Positions 51,411 through 61,595 of a stretch of DNA of 64,000 nucleotides are shown piece by piece. Under the pieces are notes generated by a model. That model searched no databases, was not told the origin of the DNA, and saw nothing but the letters and a program-made list of their open reading frames with translations. The stretch's first letter is position 1. Each line of letters opens with the position of its first letter. This stretch comes from an uncultured Nitrososphaerota archaeon (GTDB lineage: Archaea > Asgardarchaeota > Njordarchaeia > Njordarchaeales > Njordarchaeaceae), in the NCBI GenBank assembly GCA_964518475.1, contig CAZFGR010000002.1:1-64000 (forward strand), read 5' to 3'. The position numbers were made by a program, and so were the translations under genes.

Positions 51411-52811
51411 ATGAAGAAGAGAGATTTTATCGGCACCCCCCTATTTAGTAATGCTGTTAAAATGTTGTTGCTGGGTGCTGGTGAGCTTGGTAAGGAAATA
51501 GTTATCGAGGCTCAGAGATTAGGTATTGAGACAATAACTGTAGATAGATATGATAATCCACCAGCTGCTCAAGTCGCTCATAGACACTATACTGTTAACA
51601 TGATGGATGGTAGAGCATTGAAAGCAATAGTTTACAGGGAGAAACCAGATGTGATTGTTCCAGAGATAGAAGCTATAAACACTGACACTCTAGTAGAGCT
51701 TGAGGAAGAAGGATTCATGGTAATACCTAATGCTAGAGCAACAAAGGTAACAATGGATAGGATACTTCTAAGAAAACTAGCGGCTGAACAAGCAAAGGTT
51801 CCAACCTCTAAATACGCATTCGCCACCAATCTCGATGAGCTATATGATGCATGCGAAAAAGTCGGTTACCCATGTCTAGTAAAATCGAGAATGAGCTCTG
51901 GTGGACTTGGCTCAAGTATTGTTTTCTCTGATAAGGATATTCCTAAAGCCTATGAAAAATCCGTTAAGGAAGCTAGGGGTCGCGGAGACGAGGTTATCGT
52001 TGAAAGTATCGTTGATTATGATTTCGAAGTAACAGAGCTTACCCTAGCTCACCTAGACGAGGATGGAAAAGTCAAGATAAGCTTCTGTAAACCAGTTGCC
52101 CACGTTAGAAGCGGTACTCACTACCACGTTAGTTGGCAACCATTCCTAGAGCCAGATCCCGAAAATCCCGAGTATACACTTCCAATCCATGGTTATGGTA
52201 GTGATTTACACCTAAGCGAGGATCCGCCGAAGCATGAGCTCTTGTGGAAATCCTCTTGGAATGGGAAGAGAATACCAATTGAGGTTGCTGAGGAAATCGA
52301 GAGGCAGATCTATGATGTCGCTGGCAAAGTTGTTAAAGAACTATTAAAAACAAGCAATGGAGATCTTCGAGGATTAGGCATCTTTGGATGCGAACTATTC
52401 GTTAAGATAGGAGATATAGAAAGTGGTGAGAAACCAATCGTGTACTTTAACGAGATATCTCCGAGACCCCATGATACGGGAATGGTAACCCTAGTTACTC
52501 AAGACTTATCAGAGATGGCTCTTCACGTTAGAGCTATCCTGGGACTACCAATCCCGAGAATCCATCTACACACACCAGGAGCCTCTCACGTCGTACTCGC
52601 CAAGAAAGCTGGTTACTGGGCTCCTGGATATTCTAGAGTATGGGATGCCTTGAGGATACCAGGAGTTCATTTAAGACTGTTTGGTAAACCAGTAACCTAC
52701 TATGAGCGCAGAATGGGTGTTGTTTTAGCCATTGGTAAGAACACGATCGAGGCGAGAGAAAAAGCTATGATAGCCGCACATACCCTAGAAGAAGGGATTA
52801 TCTATGAGTAA
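51411..52811 (+). CDS. purT: Formate-dependent GAR transformylase
   Basis: [52 protein letters not shown] at 51411 after a GGTGG SD. Confidence 0.92.
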   Translation: MKKRDFIGTPLFSNAVKMLLLGAGELGKEIVIEAQRLGIETITVDRYDNPPAAQVAHRHYTVNMMDGRALKAIVYREKPDVIVPEIEAINTDTLVELEEEGFMVIPNARATKVTMDRILLRKLAAEQAKVPTSKYAFATNLDELYDACEKVGYPCLVKSRMSSGGLGSSIVFSDKDIPKAYEKSVKEARGRGDEVIVESIVDYDFEVTELTLAHLDEDGKVKISFCKPVAHVRSGTHYHVSWQPFLEPDPENPEYTLPIHGYGSDLHLSEDPPKHELLWKSSWNGKRIPIEVAEEIERQIYDVAGKVVKELLKTSNGDLRGLGIFGCELFVKIGDIESGEKPIVYFNEISPRPHDTGMVTLVTQDLSEMALHVRAILGLPIPRIHLHTPGASHVVLAKKAGYWAPGYSRVWDALRIPGVHLRLFGKPVTYYERRMGVVLAIGKNTIEAREKAMIAAHTLEEGIIYE

Positions 52812-53235
52812 AAGAGATCCATTAGTAGCTGTAATTATGGGTAGTGAAAACGACAGACCGATAGCTGAGAAGGTCGTTAAGATCCTTGAAAAGTACGGAG
52901 TCCCGTACGATGTTAAGGTATTGTCCGCTCATAGAAATCCTAAAGAGCTGGAAGAGTATATCTCCTCTTCTAATGCCCATATTTTTATTGGTATTGCTGG
53001 ACTAGCGGCTCATTTGCCCGGGTTCATAGCTAGTAGGACTAAGAGACCAGTGATTGGTGTTCCAGTAAATGTCAAGCTTGGTGGTCTGGATGCTTTATTA
53101 TCTATTGTTCAAATGCCTAAAGGAGTGCCCGTAGCTACTGTTGGGATTGATAATGGAGAGAACGCGGCTTACTTAGCCCTAAGGATTCTCGCTCTTTACA
53201 ATCCAGATATAAGGAAGAAACTGGAGGAGGGATAA
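52804..53235 (+). CDS. purE: N5-CAIR mutase / AIR carboxylase
   Basis: [32 protein letters not shown]. Confidence 0.95.
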   Translation: MSKRDPLVAVIMGSENDRPIAEKVVKILEKYGVPYDVKVLSAHRNPKELEEYISSSNAHIFIGIAGLAAHLPGFIASRTKRPVIGVPVNVKLGGLDALLSIVQMPKGVPVATVGIDNGENAAYLALRILALYNPDIRKKLEEG

Positions 53236-54284
53236 TGGGAGAGGATCAAGGCTGGACCTACGCTAAAGCTGGAGTGGATATTGATAAGGTATCTATCCTC
53301 CAGCGCCACGCTTTTAGAGTAATCGAGGATCTTTTCAAGAAACTTGGTGTTCCGGTACACGGGTTAAGGGGTAGATTCACAACATTTGTTGAAGCCAATG
53401 GTTTAAGGATCGCTATGCATGTTGATGGAGTTGGCACAAAGGTATTAGTTGCTCAACTCGTTAATAGTTATTGGCAAGTCGGTCAAGACGTCGTGGCTAT
53501 GAATGTTAATGATTTGATAGCGGGTGGAGCTGATCCATTCGCGATAGTTGATTATTTGGCGATGGAGAAACCCGATGAAGAGGTTTTTAAAGGCGTTATG
53601 GAGGGGTTATCACGTGCGTGTGAAGAGGCTAAAGTTATTTTGATGGGGGGCGAAACAGCTATAATGCCGGATATTATAAAAGGCGCCGTTCCTGGGAAAG
53701 GGTTTGATCTAGTGGCTACTGGATTAGGTCTTGTGAAATGGGATACGGAAACTGGTTCTCCAGGAGATGTTCTGGTTGGTTTTGAGAGCAATGGTATTCA
53801 TTCTAACGGATTATCCCTTGCTAGAAAAGTTCTTTTATCCAAGTATAGTGTCCATGATCCATTCCCGTACGATCCAGAAAGAACAATTGGGGAAGAATTA
53901 TTGAGGCCTACGAGAATATACGTTAATCTATGTAGGGAGTTATGGAGAAGAGGAATCGTTAAGAACTTCGCCCATATTACTGGTGGAGCTTTTAGGAAAA
54001 TCAAGAGAGTTCTTAGAGAAGATTCTGGAGTACTTATTGATGTGCCAGAACCACCGGCTATTTTCAAACTTATTAAGGAGGAGGGACATATAGCTTGGGA
54101 GGAGATGTATAAAACATTTAACATGGGCGTTGGCATGGTCGCGGTAACTATAAGCGATTATGTGGAAGAAATTATCTCTGTCGCGAAGAAATTCGGTATA
54201 AATGCTTTTCTCCTAGGTAAGGTTGTTAGTGAGGAAGGAGTAAGGATAAGAATTCCAAGAGTTGGAGAGGTGAGAATCCAATGA
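53235..54284 (+). CDS. purM: AIR synthetase
   Basis: YAKAGVD, DGVGTK, AMNVND, GGETA, S.GIHSNG, HITGG, TFNMGVG. Confidence 0.95.
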   Translation: MGEDQGWTYAKAGVDIDKVSILQRHAFRVIEDLFKKLGVPVHGLRGRFTTFVEANGLRIAMHVDGVGTKVLVAQLVNSYWQVGQDVVAMNVNDLIAGGADPFAIVDYLAMEKPDEEVFKGVMEGLSRACEEAKVILMGGETAIMPDIIKGAVPGKGFDLVATGLGLVKWDTETGSPGDVLVGFESNGIHSNGLSLARKVLLSKYSVHDPFPYDPERTIGEELLRPTRIYVNLCRELWRRGIVKNFAHITGGAFRKIKRVLREDSGVLIDVPEPPAIFKLIKEEGHIAWEEMYKTFNMGVGMVAVTISDYVEEIISVAKKFGINAFLLGKVVSEEGVRIRIPRVGEVRIQ

Positions 54285-55291
54285 GTGAAATAGAGACCAT
54301 AGCTACATTGGCTAGTCACTCAGCTTTGCAAATCCTTAAGGGGGCTAAGGATGAAGGTTTCAAAACACTAGCTATTTCACTTAAGAAGCGATTAAAGGTT
54401 TATCAGAGATTCCGCCACTTTATAGATGATATCATCGTTGTGGAGGACTTTAAAGAACTTGTTAATAAGGATATTCAGGAAGACTTGTTAAGGAGAAAAA
54501 CAATTCTAATACCCCATGGAAGCTTTGTGGAGTATCTAGGGATAGAGAACATCGAGAAGTTAGAAGTTCCAGTGTTTGGTAACAAGAAACTTATGATATG
54601 GGAATACGATGCTTGGAGAAAACTTGAGTTACTGGAGAAGAGCGGTATTAAGACTCCAAAACTCTTCAAGAAAGTTCAAGAGATTGATAGACCAGTAATA
54701 GTGAAGTTTCCTGGTGCTAAGGGTGGGCGGGGATACTTCATAGCTAGGAATGCTGAGGAGTTCAGAAAAAAGATTAAGGAAAGAAACCTCGATCCCGCAC
54801 AATTAATCATTCAAGAATACGTCTTTGGAACACCTATGTATTTTCATTATTTTTACTCACCATTATTGAATAGACTTGAATTACTGGGAGCCGATATTAG
54901 GTATGAGAGTGAGGTGGATGGAATTAAGAGATACCCATACCCCGTCGAGAACTATACATTCACGGTCGTCGGGAATATCCCTCTCGTTTTGAGGGAGTCA
55001 TTACTTGAACAAGTTTTTGATTATGGGGAAAAATTTGTTGAAACAACGAAGAAGTTCCTGCCTCCTGGTGCAATTGGGCCTTTCTGTTTAGAAGCTATTT
55101 GTAGAAGTGATTTAGAGATTGTTGTTTTTGAGTTTTCTGGCCGCATTGTTGCTGGCACTAATCTCTATATCCACGGATCTCCGTATAGTTGGTTATATTT
55201 TGATGAGCCTATGAGTAGTGGGAGGCGTATTGCTCGAGAAATAAGAATGGCTCTTGAAATGGATGCTCTCGATAAAATTGTTGTGAGGTGA
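54281..55291 (+). CDS. purP: Formate-dependent FAICAR synthetase (ATP-grasp)
   Basis: [48 protein letters not shown]. Confidence 0.9.
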   Translation: MSEIETIATLASHSALQILKGAKDEGFKTLAISLKKRLKVYQRFRHFIDDIIVVEDFKELVNKDIQEDLLRRKTILIPHGSFVEYLGIENIEKLEVPVFGNKKLMIWEYDAWRKLELLEKSGIKTPKLFKKVQEIDRPVIVKFPGAKGGRGYFIARNAEEFRKKIKERNLDPAQLIIQEYVFGTPMYFHYFYSPLLNRLELLGADIRYESEVDGIKRYPYPVENYTFTVVGNIPLVLRESLLEQVFDYGEKFVETTKKFLPPGAIGPFCLEAICRSDLEIVVFEFSGRIVAGTNLYIHGSPYSWLYFDEPMSSGRRIAREIRMALEMDALDKIVVR

Positions 55292-56403
55292 TTTTTATGA
55301 TAAATGTGGATGAGATGAGAAGAATCATTAGGAATGAGTATGATTGGAGCAATATCCATATTGGTGTCCTAGGGAGTCACTCCGCTTTGGATGTGCTAGA
55401 TGGAGCCAAGGATGAAGGATTCAAAACAGTTGTTATATGCCAGAAAGGGAGAGAAAAACCCTATTTAAGATTCAAAAGATTATGCGACGAAGTGATAATC
55501 CTTGATAAGTTCCGTGATATGGTTCGCGAGGATATTCAGGATAGGTTAAGAGAGCTTAACACAATATTTGTCCCTAATAGGAGTTTCTCGGTATACGTAG
55601 GGTATGAAAATATAGAAAATGCATTTAGGGTTCCTATATTTGGTTCTCGCCACTTATTAAGAGCTGAGGAGAGGACTGGTGAACTGAACTATTATAAGAT
55701 CCTAGATGCTGCTGGTATAAGAAGACCACGAACATTCAAGGATCCATCAGAGATTGATAGACCAGTAATAGTTAAGGCCATGGCCACTGGTAGTGTTGAG
55801 AGGGCGTTTTTCGTCGCCGTGAGTCCCGAGGATTTCTGGTCAAAAGTTGAGAAGCTTGCTAAGCAAGGATTATTGACGAAGAAAGAGCTCGAGAAAGCTT
55901 CTATAGAGGAACTAGTTATCGGAGTTGATTTCAATTTTAATTATTTCCACTCAATTGTTCGTGGAGAAATAGAGTTTCATGGAATAGATAGGAGGTTGCA
56001 GACCAATATTCATGGTTTAGTAAGGTTACCAGCAAGTATCCAGCTAGAGCTAAGCAATATCACTATCAGAAACGTTGAAATAGGTCATATGCTAGCAACG
56101 ATCAGGGAGTCCCAGTTAGTAAAAGTTTTTGACATGGGTGAGAGTTTCGTCAAGACACTCTCCAAAATGTACCCACCAGGAATCATAGGACCCTTCACAT
56201 TACAAACAATAGTGACCGAGAACTTAGAGTTCGTAGTCGTGGATGTAGCTTTCCGAATAGGTGGGGGGACAAATGTGTGGGCTGGAATAGGGAGCCAGTA
56301 CAGCAAGTTTTACTTCGGCCAACCCATAAGCATTGGTAGAAGAATAGCAATAGAGATCAGAGAAGCAATCGAACAAGACATGCTCGATAAGATAGTTACA
56401 TAA
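55288..56403 (+). CDS. Second PurP-like ATP-grasp paralogue
   Basis: GSHSALDV.DGAKDEGF, PNRSF, ER.FF, RES, RIGGGTN, GRRIA.E. Confidence 0.88.
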   Translation: MIFMINVDEMRRIIRNEYDWSNIHIGVLGSHSALDVLDGAKDEGFKTVVICQKGREKPYLRFKRLCDEVIILDKFRDMVREDIQDRLRELNTIFVPNRSFSVYVGYENIENAFRVPIFGSRHLLRAEERTGELNYYKILDAAGIRRPRTFKDPSEIDRPVIVKAMATGSVERAFFVAVSPEDFWSKVEKLAKQGLLTKKELEKASIEELVIGVDFNFNYFHSIVRGEIEFHGIDRRLQTNIHGLVRLPASIQLELSNITIRNVEIGHMLATIRESQLVKVFDMGESFVKTLSKMYPPGIIGPFTLQTIVTENLEFVVVDVAFRIGGGTNVWAGIGSQYSKFYFGQPISIGRRIAIEIREAIEQDMLDKIVT

Positions 56404-56533
56404 CCTCCTAATTCTACTAATATTCTCTGAGAAAAAATCATAAGATAATTAGAGACAATCTATCTCTAGTTTCTAATAAAACTCTTTTTAATTATTGTAA
56501 TCCCTCTAAGAATTTAGGAATAAAGGTTCATAG

Positions 56534-56974
56534 GTGTGTAATAAAGTGGAGATAGTAGAATCTAGGCCGGGAATTATAAAACTTTCGGATAATACGACAC
56601 TAACGCTTAAAATAACAATAATTGATGCTCGCGAAGTTGGATTTTCGCCTTTCGGGGGAGTACATATAGCTGTAAAGGCTGTAGGAGGCATAAGTACTAA
56701 GAACGTGCCTCATGAATTACGGGAAAAAGTCTCAGATAAACCATTAGCTACTTCGCAAATACCTAAGGATGGCTGGGAATTGATTGATATTAGAGAGCAG
56801 GAAGAGGCTTGCGAAAAAGTAAAAATTGATACATCTAGGGGTAAGTTTCTGGTTAATGTTCGGGCGGAAGCTACCATGGCTGCTCGTAATATGCAATATA
56901 AAAACGAGTTTAACGAGCCCATTTACATGCTGAGTTGGGTCTATAAGGTTTCTTGGAGACCGGTGAGAGAGTGA
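56534..56974 (+). CDS. Hypothetical beta-rich protein
   Basis: 146-aa ORF; TGATG overlap with the next gene. Confidence 0.65.
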   Translation: MCNKVEIVESRPGIIKLSDNTTLTLKITIIDAREVGFSPFGGVHIAVKAVGGISTKNVPHELREKVSDKPLATSQIPKDGWELIDIREQEEACEKVKIDTSRGKFLVNVRAEATMAARNMQYKNEFNEPIYMLSWVYKVSWRPVRE

Positions 56975-57549
56975 TGTGGGAGTATTCCCAAATTACAGAC
57001 TATGGAAAAATAAGGGACAGCACAGTTTTGACGATTTATTATCCGATACAGGAACTACCCAGACTAACCACACAAACTTTAAGAAAAATTCTAGAAGAAG
57101 CTGACGAGTTGCTGAAGAGAAAGGAGTATATCCAGGCTTGTGAAAAATACTATAAAGTAATGGAGGAAGTCATAAAAAAGCTGACAGAATTGTATAAGGA
57201 GAAATCACGATTACTAACCAACTTTATTAATTATGTAAGAAAACGTGGAAATTGGAATACTTTTATCTTACAACGTGCTGCTGAGGAATTAAGAAGAATA
57301 CTTAATGAGGAATTAGGAGGAGGCATCGGTGACAAGATCTATGAAGCTTGGGAAGCAGCTCTTAGATTACACAGAGATTGCTTCCATGAGCAAATCCTAG
57401 GTGATACCGTAATAAAAGAGAAGAGAGATATTATAACCGAGACATTCAATCTAATAGCAAGAGAACTTGAGAAGTTAGATATTCACTACATAAAATTAGA
57501 AGAAGACTCAACAGGATTCGAAACTCCCCTAAATAGCGCACACACATAG
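56974..57549 (+). CDS. PaREP1 family protein
   Basis: LEEADELL....YIQACEKYYK..EE..K, W....L..A, W.AAL.LH...FHE. Confidence 0.8.
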   Translation: MWEYSQITDYGKIRDSTVLTIYYPIQELPRLTTQTLRKILEEADELLKRKEYIQACEKYYKVMEEVIKKLTELYKEKSRLLTNFINYVRKRGNWNTFILQRAAEELRRILNEELGGGIGDKIYEAWEAALRLHRDCFHEQILGDTVIKEKRDIITETFNLIARELEKLDIHYIKLEEDSTGFETPLNSAHT

Positions 57550-57681
57550 ATACGTACGTACGAGAAACGATTAAAGCTCAGCCACGTATAAGAAAATAAC
57601 CAACATCCAGTAATCGTTCCAGTAAGTAGAAGCTCTTACTCTTTTATAATTGAGGGAGAGATCTGTTCCCTAGTCTCTTTT

Positions 57682-57930
57682 CTATATTGTCATCCCTTCT
57701 CTCTTAATAGTTCTAATGAACTGTGTTTTTTCTGCCTCAAAAATCGTTCTCCGAGATGTAGATCATTGTTACGGGAAAAACTCTAGATATATCTTATCTG
57801 CAACCTTCTCGGCGAAATCCTTAACTTCTTTGGGATCTTCTTGATACATAACCGCGACATCGACATCATTATCTGGTCTATACTCCTCAGCGCAACAGAA
57901 CTAAAACTTTTAGATAATTAGATAATTCGA
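57682..57930 (-). pseudogene. Frameshifted minimal nucleotidyltransferase (MNT) remnant
   Basis: Minus-strand fragments FSSVA / EEYRPDNDVDVAV...ADKIYLE / HSFIRTIKREGMTI* match GS..RG...DSDVD and F.R.I..EG. Confidence 0.6.
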
Positions 57931-58129
57931 AAGATGCGTGCGTATTATGATATAAAAACTCAAATTCTTAGAGAGTTGTTTCGAATTTTCTACTTTTTCT
58001 AATCTAGTTCTCACAAGCTAACGTCTCTCTCGCGGCTTTGTGGTAGAGTAGCTTTATAGGTACTATACTCGTATTACCTGCGACTATCCAGAAAAGAGCG
58101 TCCTAGTGAAAATATATTGACTTTATGAG

Positions 58130-59002
58130 TTCATAATTATTAGGGTTACTTATAAACTAGCTAAAAAAACTTACCAGCCCGAGGAGGCATATCATAATCT
58201 CTAAGATAGCTGTTCTGACATAAGGAATTCCCAGCAATTAAAGCTATGAACGAGCATTAGACGATTTCAAAAATTCAACATGCATAAAAGAGGCAGTCTA
58301 AGAAGAGTGTAAACTCTCCCTCCATGACTAAATGAAAGAAGAGTCCATTAGGCATGGTAATCCCACTGATAAGGCTCTTTCTTTACAAACTGGCGAGAAT
58401 GAAGACTTGCGGGAAATTATTAGTGATTGCGAATGGAACTAGTATTGGACTTGAGGAAGCATCAAGCTACTACTTAGAGAGATGGGAAAGAGAATGAGAA
58501 TGCTCGCTATTAGCTGTTCTGCACGCTCCGAAGGTCGACGTCTTCTTCGATGCTGTCGCTACTCTCTATTGTATTTCTCTGAGATCAAAGCCTTCACAAA
58601 CTACTTCCTCAAAACCCTGGTGAATGCAGGATCTTCTGGAGAATTCACGGATAAAAAACCTGATGCAACCGACGCTATAGAAGCCATAAAGATATAGCTT
58701 AGTTCACATCCCCCACTTAGGCTTGAATAACAACTTACAAGACCTTCTGGAACTCGTTTGACAATGTCAGAAATCTTGTAAAGTCCGTTTTATCTTTTTA
58801 AAGTCATGATTAAGAAAATAATATACAGTAGGTCGGTTTGGTTGGTAATGTTAAGAGTCTCATGGAGGCTGTCTTCTCCTCTCTAAAGGCTATGGTCGGA
58901 GACATGATCTATAGTAAGTCTTGGAAAGCGAGAATCTGCGACGTCTTCATCGTAATCCTAGCCTATAACGAGGCCAGAATAATAGCGCTAAGTCCCAATT
59001 AA
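58130..59002 (+). mobile_element. Decayed IS5/IS4-like DDE transposase
   Basis: Fragments LLVIANGTSIGLEEASSYYLER (degenerate D.TG...S.YY..R) and KSLMEAVFSSLKAMVGD.I.SKS..AR......ILAYN, separated by stops and frameshifts. The 5' boundary is approximate. Confidence 0.65.
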
Positions 59003-59088
59003 TGGCTTAAGAGGAGTCTAGAAGGCTGAACGGGACAAGGGGCCAAAAAGATAAATTTGAAACAAAGCCTAGTAGATCCTAAGAGACA

Positions 59089-59190
59089 AGAATCTGCGAC
59101 ACTTTCGTCGCAACTCTAGGTTATGGCGTGGCTGGGATGATTATGTCGAATCTCAATTAGTGGCTAAAAATGATCTAGAAAGCCGAGGCA
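59089..59190 (+). repeat. Diverged second copy of the transposase 3' end
   Basis: AGAATCTGCGAC...CAATTAGTGGCT...TCTAGAA parallels 58931-59030 (AGAATCTGCGAC...CAATTAATGGCT...TCTAGAA). Confidence 0.65.
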
Positions 59191-59303
59191 ACACCTTTAA
59201 TCTTTATATAAGTAGTGATTAATGAGAGTTTGGAAATCGATAAGGATAAATAATATAAGATTAGAATATATATTCCTAAAGATCACTATGAATTCCTTTA
59301 TAA

Positions 59304-59340
59304 TCAACAGTAATCACCCCTCAGGGGTGATTACTGTTGA
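59304..59340. repeat. Perfect 37-bp palindrome covering the SD and TTG start of the downstream gene
   Basis: TCAACAGTAATCACCCCT-C-AGGGGTGATTACTGTTGA, 18-bp arms with a 1-nt centre. Confidence 0.9.
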
Positions 59341-61577
59341 AAAACTTCGCGAAAATTTTTCTTCTTTGCTTTCTAGTCCTCTCAATAATCTCTATTAATG
59401 CCGTTTATGCTACTATTCTAAGTATAGTTGCCAGTGAAGAATATTCATCACTTGTAGATAATTCGACTTTTGATGATGGACTTTCTGGGTGGACGCTTGT
59501 TAAGGGATCCGGAGGGCCTACGAGTGGGGGATTAGATAGTGGTAACGTTTGTCTCTATGTCTCGCCTAGTTATGATGCTAGTAGTGGTAAATGGGTATTC
59601 GAGATGAAGGCTCCAATATCCTCTAGCGAGTTACCGTTTATGGAGTGGCTGAAGAGTCCTTATCGTGGTGTTTCTTTTTCGTATTGGTTTAGGCTTGTTA
59701 ATGATGTGAGCGAGTATGTGAGTGCGTATGCGTATATTGAATATTCCTACACTTCTAGCATTGGTGGTTGTCCATTCGCCGCTATTTGGGATGGGGAGAA
59801 GTACGTTCTCGTCAACAACATTCTTCCTAATGCCCGTAGTTATGAGAATATGACTATGGTGGAGGATTACTTATTTATTGATCCCTTATTGATCGAGGAT
59901 ACCGTCAAACTCAAAATTTTAGAGTTCCAGCGAGAGATGAGCTATATAGACAGTATTAGTTTATTCTCATTCGATTACCCCTCCCACTATAAAGTTGCAC
60001 AGTTGGATAATGGTTCTCCAGTCCTATGGCATCCAGAAATCATAAAAATACCATCAATAGTGATTAACTCTAATGGGTCTATAGTCACTGACAAGATTAT
60101 CTGGGAGGATTACCTACCCTATATTGGACAAAAAGATGACTACATAATTTTAGAATTTTCGAACATCTCAAAGGCCTACGACCTACTCTTAATAAAGGCC
60201 GATGATACGATAATAAAACTCTCACTAGAAGTATATGTTCTTATTAATGACACTTGGAGCTTTATAGGCAGGATCATTCCAAGGGAAATATACTCTTGGT
60301 ACGCCATTGACCTAGACCAATACGAGATTCCTTACAATGATAGCTTGAAGATGAAGATAAGGTTCACAGCCGAGCACAAGATTGACTTCATTGCCCTAAC
60401 AATGAAGGCACCAGATCGAGTAAAACTACGGAAGCTTAAATTGTTTAGAGCCGTTCATAATAGGCTTGGGAATAGTAAATACACTGTGAAATCAGATGAT
60501 AATAGGTATATAATAATACTCCCGGGTGACGAATTATACTTGATCTTTAAGGACGGGGAAAAACTCAAGCGCAATTATAAGAGAGGATACCTCCTCAAGG
60601 TCAGGGGATGGTATAGGACATTAAGCGACGAAGAATTCGCAAGGTATAAGGATAGAATAAAGAACATGGATCCAACAGTAACAATCTCATCAGAAGAAAT
60701 TAAAGTAAAGGAATCAAACACTTGGGTACAAGTCCCAGTCTACTACGGTGACTTCCCAGATACATTAGAATCAGTCTACTTCAAAATCAGACTAGAATCA
60801 CCAGTACAATTCAACGCGTATATAGACTGCGCATTCGCCCACTTCGCCATGCAGATATCAAGCAGCAATGAAGCAGGATCAGCAAAAATCGTAGCAATCG
60901 TGACACGGGTAAATGTGCAGAAGAATACAAAGCACAATATAACAGATATATACTTATGCTTCGCATTAATAGTATACTCCTCAGATGGCAAAGGAATTTA
61001 TACGGCAAAAATGTCCGTGGAAAGAACAGATTCTGACAGTGTTGGTGATGTGAGAGAATTAATTAGTTTTGAGGGAGTCAGCGATATTATCGGATATGAT
61101 AATGCAAAAGAAAATGCTACGCATGTGGCAGAATATAATGAAATAAGAATGAAAGAGACTCAAGCTATTTCCCAAGGACTAGCTGTAATTGGACTTCTCT
61201 TAACAGTATTGGGGATAATAACTGGAGAAGGAGCAATAATCTTTGGCATTGGTAGTCTTGTAATTAGTACAACTAGCGTGTGCCGCGCATTTCTTATTAA
61301 CAATACAGATTTAATAGATAATAATGATGGGGATAGGATCATTCACACCCAGTTGCCTACAACAATTAGTGCGAATCCTAATGAAGGACGCGTAACAACT
61401 AAGGGAGCGTTGAGCGCTCCAGTTCACTGGATAACGATACTAGACTATGGAGAAAATAAATTATATGTGCGGGGTTATATCGAGTTTGGAACAATAATCG
61501 ATACTTCTGATGTTATTTATATAGGACCACCTTACTTTGAATTGACAGTATCTCTGACAATCTTAGCTAAATTATAA
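59337..61577 (+). CDS. Large secreted protein: jelly-roll-like domain, GGCP..WDG domain, hydrophobic hairpin
   Basis: Signal peptide; NSTFDDGLSGW; GGCPFAAIWDG..Y.L.NNILP; Gly-rich hydrophobic segment at about aa 613-648. Confidence 0.8.
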   Translation: MKNFAKIFLLCFLVLSIISINAVYATILSIVASEEYSSLVDNSTFDDGLSGWTLVKGSGGPTSGGLDSGNVCLYVSPSYDASSGKWVFEMKAPISSSELPFMEWLKSPYRGVSFSYWFRLVNDVSEYVSAYAYIEYSYTSSIGGCPFAAIWDGEKYVLVNNILPNARSYENMTMVEDYLFIDPLLIEDTVKLKILEFQREMSYIDSISLFSFDYPSHYKVAQLDNGSPVLWHPEIIKIPSIVINSNGSIVTDKIIWEDYLPYIGQKDDYIILEFSNISKAYDLLLIKADDTIIKLSLEVYVLINDTWSFIGRIIPREIYSWYAIDLDQYEIPYNDSLKMKIRFTAEHKIDFIALTMKAPDRVKLRKLKLFRAVHNRLGNSKYTVKSDDNRYIIILPGDELYLIFKDGEKLKRNYKRGYLLKVRGWYRTLSDEEFARYKDRIKNMDPTVTISSEEIKVKESNTWVQVPVYYGDFPDTLESVYFKIRLESPVQFNAYIDCAFAHFAMQISSSNEAGSAKIVAIVTRVNVQKNTKHNITDIYLCFALIVYSSDGKGIYTAKMSVERTDSDSVGDVRELISFEGVSDIIGYDNAKENATHVAEYNEIRMKETQAISQGLAVIGLLLTVLGIITGEGAIIFGIGSLVISTTSVCRAFLINNTDLIDNNDGDRIIHTQLPTTISANPNEGRVTTKGALSAPVHWITILDYGENKLYVRGYIEFGTIIDTSDVIYIGPPYFELTVSLTILAKL

Positions 61578-61595
61578 AAGCGAGGATGGTTAAGA

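Noticed and set aside
54679-55772. Identical 24-nt stretch in both purP paralogues (54679-54702 and 55749-55772)
   Set aside because: It encodes the conserved EIDRPVIV motif; codon bias can explain it without gene conversion.
58482-58697. 71-aa ORF from the track
   Set aside because: Lies within the decayed transposase and is not an independent gene.
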